DNA of 22,668 bases from an uncultured Deinococcales bacterium (GTDB lineage Bacteria; Deinococcota; Deinococci; Deinococcales; JAAFIG01), in assembly GCA_964244895.1 (NCBI GenBank), contig CAXTKV010000027.1, forward strand, positions 1 to 22,668, read 5' to 3'. A model generated the notes under the pieces. That model worked only from the letters and a program-made list of their open reading frames with translations. It was not told the origin of the DNA and ran no database searches. Position 1 is the stretch's first letter. Every line of letters begins with the position of its first letter. Shown in pieces: positions 18,180 through 22,668 of this stretch. Both the position numbers and the translations under genes were made by a program.

Positions 18180-18677
18180 TTAATTCACATCCGATCTGAG
18201 CCTGTTTGCTGCGGTAGAATCAGTTGTTATGGTAAAAGCTCTTGCTTCAGTTAGACTTGTTGCAGCATTTGAGGTTGCAAGTACGCGGTAAATGCTTCGA
18301 TTAGTTTCAGTGCGAGCTCTTGATTCGCCTACGGATTCGGCAAGAGCAGTCACGATAAACTGATTGAGGCTGATGCCATCGCGTTTAGCAGCTTGAGTAG
18401 CTTTTCTGTGCAGACTACGTGGAAGTCGAAGTGCAACTTTACCGCTATGACTTTCTTCGTTAGTTGGTTGCGGAATTTCTTGGCCAAGTCGAAGAGCAGC
18501 TTCAATCCACGATGTGGCAGCTTCCTCAAGAAGTACATACGTTTCCGACGGTGTATCTCCTTGAGTTACGCAACCTGGGAATTCGCGGATCAATCCCGTG
18601 AAGGTTGCTGTTTCTAGGTCAGGGATGACTTCTCGCGCATAGGGGAGCTTGAGGTAATCTTTTGCACTTTGCTTCAC
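18180..18677 (-). CDS. hicB: HicB-family antitoxin (partial RNase H fold + RHH) with a 48-aa C-terminal extension
   Basis: YLKLPY...FPGCVTQGDT..E...LEEA...WIE...GQEIPQP...SGKVALRLPRSLH...AKRDGISLNQF; AGGAGG RBS; GTG overlaps the hicA stop. Confidence 0.88.
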   Translation of the reverse strand: MKQSAKDYLKLPYAREVIPDLETATFTGLIREFPGCVTQGDTPSETYVLLEEAATSWIEAALRLGQEIPQPTNEESHSGKVALRLPRSLHRKATQAAKRDGISLNQFIVTALAESVGESRARTETNRSIYRVLATSNAATSLTEARAFTITTDSTAANRLRSDVN

Positions 18678-18988
18678 ATCGTGTCCTCCTCTTGGGACGC
18701 TTGTGCGTCAGATTCAACTTCTATCTCCCAGCATTCTAAATCTGATTCAAGTTGGTCGAGAATGCTTCTTGCAGTAATTTTATTTAGCGGTGTGGAATGA
18801 TTAGGAATACTTACTGGGCGGAGTTCGGGGAATTCAGGGTTGATAAAAGTCGGATGCTTACCACGACCTGGGTCAAGCACCCGACCCAGGCGTCCCGCAA
18901 ACCGCTCCATGATGCTACTTTTGATGCTGCCAGCTGCTCGCAGTCGCTCGAGTTCATCACGAAGCTTTTTCAGTTTAGCAGGTGTCAT
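18674..18988 (-). CDS. hicA: HicA-like toxin (dsRBD-fold RNase); probable start ATG 18988
   Basis: GRGKHPTF...PVSIPNH...LNKITARSIL follows the HicA G-x-H ... IP-x-H ... IL pattern; directly upstream of hicB with ATGTGA overlap. Confidence 0.72.
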   Translation of the reverse strand: MTPAKLKKLRDELERLRAAGSIKSSIMERFAGRLGRVLDPGRGKHPTFINPEFPELRPVSIPNHSTPLNKITARSILDQLESDLECWEIEVESDAQASQEEDTM

Positions 18989-19031
18989 GATATCACTGGC
19001 GATATCATACACATTGTAAAGAAATCATCAA
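18987..19031 (-). promoter_or_regulatory. hicAB promoter (TTGATG-N16-TATGAT) overlapped by operator inverted repeat ATGATATC-N6-GATATCAT
   Basis: Perfect 8-bp inverted repeat 18987-18994 / 19001-19008 overlapping the -10 (19009-19004) and the start codon; -35 at 19031-19026. Confidence 0.65.
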
Positions 19032-19221
19032 GCTTAGCGAGCATTCCTGTATGTCGGCAATGCGCCAACTGCGTCTTGTGAAAAGTCCTATCCGAGGGAG
19101 TGTCGTCGTAATCCTTAGGGATCACGTGTGCTATCTGATGCTCGAGCCTCGGGAACTTTCCGCCTGACCCGCGCATCTCAGGCACGGGGCAGACTCGTCA
19201 AATGCGCTCCCAGGAGGGTGA

Positions 19222-20583
19222 ATGAGACCGTACAAACCGGAGCGGTATTTCTACCGCGATGCCGCACACCTGCTGCGCCGCGCGGGTTTCGGCGGAAATC
19301 CCACTGAGGTCGAGGCGTACCGCAAGCTCGGGCCGGAGGAAGCCGCCGAGAAACTCCTGACGTTTTCTGATGATGACGGTACGGACGCCAGCCTGTTCGA
19401 CTGGCGCGCCGCGTACAACGGCACGAACGCCGGGAGCGCCATGCCGACGCTGGCGGCCTTGTGGTTCCACCGCATGATCGCCACCACGCAGCCTTTGAAG
19501 GAAAAGCTGGCACTTTTCTGGCACGGGCATTTTGCGACTGGACGCGACAAGGTCGACAACGCCTTCATGATGGCCGCGCAGTACGAGATGTTCCGCACCA
19601 GCGGCCTGAACAAGTTCGCAGATCTCGTGCTCGAGGTGTCCCGCGATCCGGCCATGCTGCGCTACCTCGACAACGACAAGAACGCCAAGGGTCACCCGAA
19701 CGAGAATTACGCGCGGGAACTGATGGAACTCTTCACCATCGGGGTTCACGCGGGGTACACGGAAAAGGACGTGCAGGAATCCGCTCGGGCCTTCACGGGT
19801 TGGACGCGCACCGCCGTCGGTCAGGGCAGCCCCGAGCAGAAATTTATCTTTCAGGCCAAGAACCACGACGATGGCGAGAAGACCGTGCTGGGGCAGACGG
19901 GCAACTGGGATGGTCACGACATCGTGCGGATCGTGACGGAACACCCGGCCTGCGCGCGCTTCATGACGGCCAAACTGTGGCGATTTTTCGTGAACGAAAA
20001 ACCCTCGGACGCCACCCAAGATGAACTGAGCGCGTTCTGGACGCAATCGGGCGGTGACGTGCGCGCGGTGCTGAAACTGATCTTCTCGAGCGAGGAATTT
20101 TACGCCAGCCAGAACCGTTTCGCGCTGGTCAAATCGCCCGTGGAATACGTGGTCGGCGCGATCCGCGCGACCGGAGCGCAGTTGCAGCCCGAGCACGTCA
20201 TGGCGCTGAACAACCTGACCACCAACATGACCCAGACGCTGTTCTACCCGCCGAACGTCAAGGGCTGGGACGGTGGCGACGACTGGCTGGCGGATTTCAC
20301 GGTGCTGAACCGCCTGAATTTCGTGGCCGGGCTGGTCAGCGGCAACCTGCCCGCGCAGAAAAAATCCCCGGATCAGCAAATTCCGAAGGTCGCGCTGAAC
20401 CTGCCCGTCGGTCGTGACGCTGCCCAGACCCTCGATCTCGTCGGTCGGGCGTTGAACGGCGAAACGCCCATCGGCGAGATGCGCGCCTCGATGCAAGCCC
20501 TCGCCACCGGAGCCGTGAATGCGGAGATGGCGAAACGTTTGGCGCATTTCGCGATGATCTCGCCACAGTTTCATCTGGCGTGA
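19222..20583 (+). CDS. DUF1800 family protein
   Basis: HLLRRAGFG, LKEKLALFWHGHFAT, PAMLRYLDN, PNENYARELMELFTIG, ARAFTGW, KSPVE, PPNVKGW; AGGAGG RBS. Confidence 0.92.
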   Translation: MRPYKPERYFYRDAAHLLRRAGFGGNPTEVEAYRKLGPEEAAEKLLTFSDDDGTDASLFDWRAAYNGTNAGSAMPTLAALWFHRMIATTQPLKEKLALFWHGHFATGRDKVDNAFMMAAQYEMFRTSGLNKFADLVLEVSRDPAMLRYLDNDKNAKGHPNENYARELMELFTIGVHAGYTEKDVQESARAFTGWTRTAVGQGSPEQKFIFQAKNHDDGEKTVLGQTGNWDGHDIVRIVTEHPACARFMTAKLWRFFVNEKPSDATQDELSAFWTQSGGDVRAVLKLIFSSEEFYASQNRFALVKSPVEYVVGAIRATGAQLQPEHVMALNNLTTNMTQTLFYPPNVKGWDGGDDWLADFTVLNRLNFVAGLVSGNLPAQKKSPDQQIPKVALNLPVGRDAAQTLDLVGRALNGETPIGEMRASMQALATGAVNAEMAKRLAHFAMISPQFHLA

Positions 20584-20622
20584 AAGGCGGTCAGAGGTCA
20601 GGAGTCAGAGGTGAACGCGATG

Positions 20623-20691
20623 CTCGAGGAACACCGTTCTGTGCGCAAAAAATGAACAGCAAAAAAGATCGTCCAGGACGGTCTTCTCGAG
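20623..20691. repeat. Palindromic repeat copy 9, bracketed by CTCGAG on both sides
   Basis: CTCGAGGAACACCGTTCT ... CGTCCAGGACGGTCTTCTCGAG. Confidence 0.8.
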
Positions 20692-20773
20692 ACCCCGGCT
20701 CTGCCAGACTCGCACTTTGAATTTACTTTTGACCCCTGATCTCACCGCTCTTGAACGACCATTGAGGTATCCC

Positions 20774-21967
20774 ATGAACAGAAGAGACTTCCTGAAAACT
20801 TCGATGCTGACGCTGGTATCCGGCGTGGGCGGGCCGGGATTCCTGTCCAGGACGGCGCTGGCGGCGCTCGGGCCGGGAAAGACGCTGGTGGTGGTGCAAC
20901 TCTCCGGCGGCAACGACGGCTTGAACACGCTGGTGCCGTACACGAACGGCGCGTACTACGCGGCCAGACCGTCCATCGCGGTCGGTAAGACCGACGTGCT
21001 GCCCGTGTCCGGTGAAGTCGGGTTCAATCCGAGCCTGAAACCGTTGATGAAACTCTGGGACGCGGGCGAGGTGGCCGTGGTGCAGGGCGTGGGCTACCCG
21101 AACGCGAACCGCAGTCACTTTGAGAGCATGGCCATTTGGCACAGCGCCAACCCGGAACTGGACGCGAACCGCGACGGCTGGATCGGGCGGATCGCACAAA
21201 AGTACGGCGATCCGTTCTGCGCCACCAACTTTCGATCCTCGACGCCGTTGGCGCTGCGCACCAGCGAGGTCGTGCTGCCCAGCATTCAGAGCGTGGACAG
21301 CTTCCAGATCAAGTTCCCGGAACCGATCAACAAGGTCTTCACGGAGTTCATCGAACGTCCCGCCGATGCCCGAGCCAACGACCGCAGCGAACGCGTTCGC
21401 GTCATCACCAAGCAGATGCTCGAGAACACCGCCAGGGTGCAGGCCAGCGTCAAGAAGTACAAGCCCGGCAGCGCCTACCCGGAAAAGGAAGGTTTCGCGG
21501 CCAGTCTGCGCGACATCAGCCGCATGATCGCTGGCGAGGTCGGGCCGCGCGTGTTCTACACGCAACTGGGCGGTTTCGACAACCACGCCGGGCAACTTCA
21601 GGATCACCCGAAATTGCTCGAGACGCTCTCCAACGGCCTGACAGCTTTCCGGGCTGACCTGGAGGCGCAGGGCAAGGCCGACGACGTGATCGTGATGGTG
21701 TTCAGTGAATTCGGGCGGCGCGTCAACGAGAACGCCAGCGCGGGCACGGATCACGGTCAGGCCGGGTTGATGCTCGTGCTGGGCAAACGCGTCAAGGGCG
21801 GCCTGTACGGCGCGTACCCGGATCTTGAAAAACTCGAGAACGGCGATCTGAGGTTCAACACGGATTTCCGCGCGGTCTACACCACGGCGCTCGATCGGTG
21901 GTTGAAGATTCCGTCCAGGGACATTCTGGGCGCACCGTTCCCGTCGATGGATTTTCTGGATTCATGA
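20774..21967 (+). CDS. DUF1501 family protein with twin-arginine signal; start revised to ATG 20774
   Basis: MNRRDFLK Tat motif; [34 protein letters not shown]...GTDHG; GAGGT RBS. Confidence 0.9.
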   Translation: MNRRDFLKTSMLTLVSGVGGPGFLSRTALAALGPGKTLVVVQLSGGNDGLNTLVPYTNGAYYAARPSIAVGKTDVLPVSGEVGFNPSLKPLMKLWDAGEVAVVQGVGYPNANRSHFESMAIWHSANPELDANRDGWIGRIAQKYGDPFCATNFRSSTPLALRTSEVVLPSIQSVDSFQIKFPEPINKVFTEFIERPADARANDRSERVRVITKQMLENTARVQASVKKYKPGSAYPEKEGFAASLRDISRMIAGEVGPRVFYTQLGGFDNHAGQLQDHPKLLETLSNGLTAFRADLEAQGKADDVIVMVFSEFGRRVNENASAGTDHGQAGLMLVLGKRVKGGLYGAYPDLEKLENGDLRFNTDFRAVYTTALDRWLKIPSRDILGAPFPSMDFLDS

Positions 21968-21971
21968 AAGA

Positions 21972-22018
21972 AACACCGTCCGGCACGCGAATTTGAGAAT
22001 GCGTGCTGGACGGTGTTC
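21972..22018. repeat. Palindromic repeat copy 10 (between convergent genes)
   Basis: AACACCGTCCGGCACGC ... GCGTGCTGGACGGTGTTC, near-perfect arms. Confidence 0.9.
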
Positions 22019-22042
22019 TCGTTTCGATCCGGTCTCTAGGGT

Positions 22043-22666
22043 TTACTGACCCAGGCTCTGCACGAGCTTACTTAGATCGACCGTGACCTTGTACGCGCCC
22101 TGCGCGTCGCGGTCGATGGTCAAGGTGATGGTCGCCTCGCCGCGCTTGTAGACCTGCACGATCTGCGCGTCGGAAGTCTTGTTGGTGGCGTCATCTGCGA
22201 CCTTGGCGAAGCCCTGGTCGGTCATCAGTTTGTCGTAGTAGGCCGTCACGTCCGTCAGGCTGGCCGCCGTGGCGTAATCGAGCGTGACCACGTTGTCGCT
22301 GACGCCCTGTGTCGGGTTGGTCGCGTCCGTGTACGGCAGCAGGTAGAAGTTCGTCTGGCTCGAGGTCGGTGCGCTGGCCGAGGTCGGCAGCACGCTCAGG
22401 GAAAGTTTGCCCAGATCCTGGTTGACAGCGGCGGTCAGGGGTTGTGCGGAACCCGCGCTGGCGTCCGTCGGAGCGGCAGTCGCTGGAGCGGCGCTCGCAT
22501 CAGCCGGAGCGGTTGCTGCTGGGGCTGCCGTCGCGCTCGCATCCGCCGGGGCTGTCGCGGGTGCGGCACTCGCATCGGCTGGTGCGGTGGTCGCCGGAGC
22601 CGTCGCGCTGGTATCGGCGGGCGTTGCGGTCGTGCTCGAGTCGGCTGGTGCAGCCGTGCTCGGCGT
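22043..22666 (-). CDS. Hypothetical, probably exported protein; C-terminal part with Ala/Pro/Thr-rich PADAS repeats (5' end outside window)
   Basis: Frame open to the window edge: TPSTAAPADSSTTATPADTSATAPATTAPADASAAPATAPADAS..., followed by a ~120-aa globular C-terminal domain. Confidence 0.75.
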   Translation of the reverse strand, partial: TPSTAAPADSSTTATPADTSATAPATTAPADASAAPATAPADASATAAPAATAPADASAAPATAAPTDASAGSAQPLTAAVNQDLGKLSLSVLPTSASAPTSSQTNFYLLPYTDATNPTQGVSDNVVTLDYATAASLTDVTAYYDKLMTDQGFAKVADDATNKTSDAQIVQVYKRGEATITLTIDRDAQGAYKVTVDLSKLVQSLGQ

Positions 22667-22668
22667 GG

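Noticed and set aside
17780..19220. Prophage or IS boundaries around the hicAB islet
   Set aside because: No transposase, integrase, tRNA, terminal inverted repeats or target duplication seen.
257..22018. Repeats as integron attC sites or a CRISPR array
   Set aside because: Some have AAC...GTT ends, but they lack RYYYAAC/GTTRRRY cores, lie between housekeeping genes in all orientations, and no integrase is present. They are dispersed, not regularly spaced, so not CRISPR.
257..22018. All repeat copies share one orientation (replichore bias)
   Set aside because: Many have A-rich plus-strand spacers, but copies at 257 and 9309 look like reverse complements of each other; ten copies are too few to decide.

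Overview
A GC-rich bacterial chromosomal segment, most likely Deinococcota. Support for that: a Thermus PilF-like three-MshEN PilB in a pgeF-yqeG-pilB operon, a Thermus-type SecA insertion, amylosucrase, and pervasive leaderless -10 promoters. Genes in order: partial glycogen debranching enzyme, amylosucrase, RelE-family TA pair, GNAT, pilB-yqeG-pgeF, a pseudo-E2 protein with an E3-binding domain, AMP nucleosidase, SDR, prolyl oligopeptidase, Uma2 nuclease, an AT-rich lipoprotein gene, secA, an AT-rich three-gene hicA-hicB-orf3 operon, the DUF1800/DUF1501 pair and a partial Ala/Pro/Thr-rich protein. Most notable: (1) a tightly coupled tripartite hicA-hicB-orf3 operon whose HicB has a 48-aa tail, laid out like a toxin-antitoxin-chaperone system but with a third gene too short for, and not recognisable as, SecB; (2) ten copies of a ~50-65 bp palindromic repeat built from two CGT-N5-ACG boxes, in most larger spacers and sometimes overlapping stop codons; (3) strong HIP-like over-representation of CTCGAG; (4) two intergenic regions with long G-U-containing helices enclosing a repeat copy. 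All family calls come from motif recognition by eye; no database searches were run.
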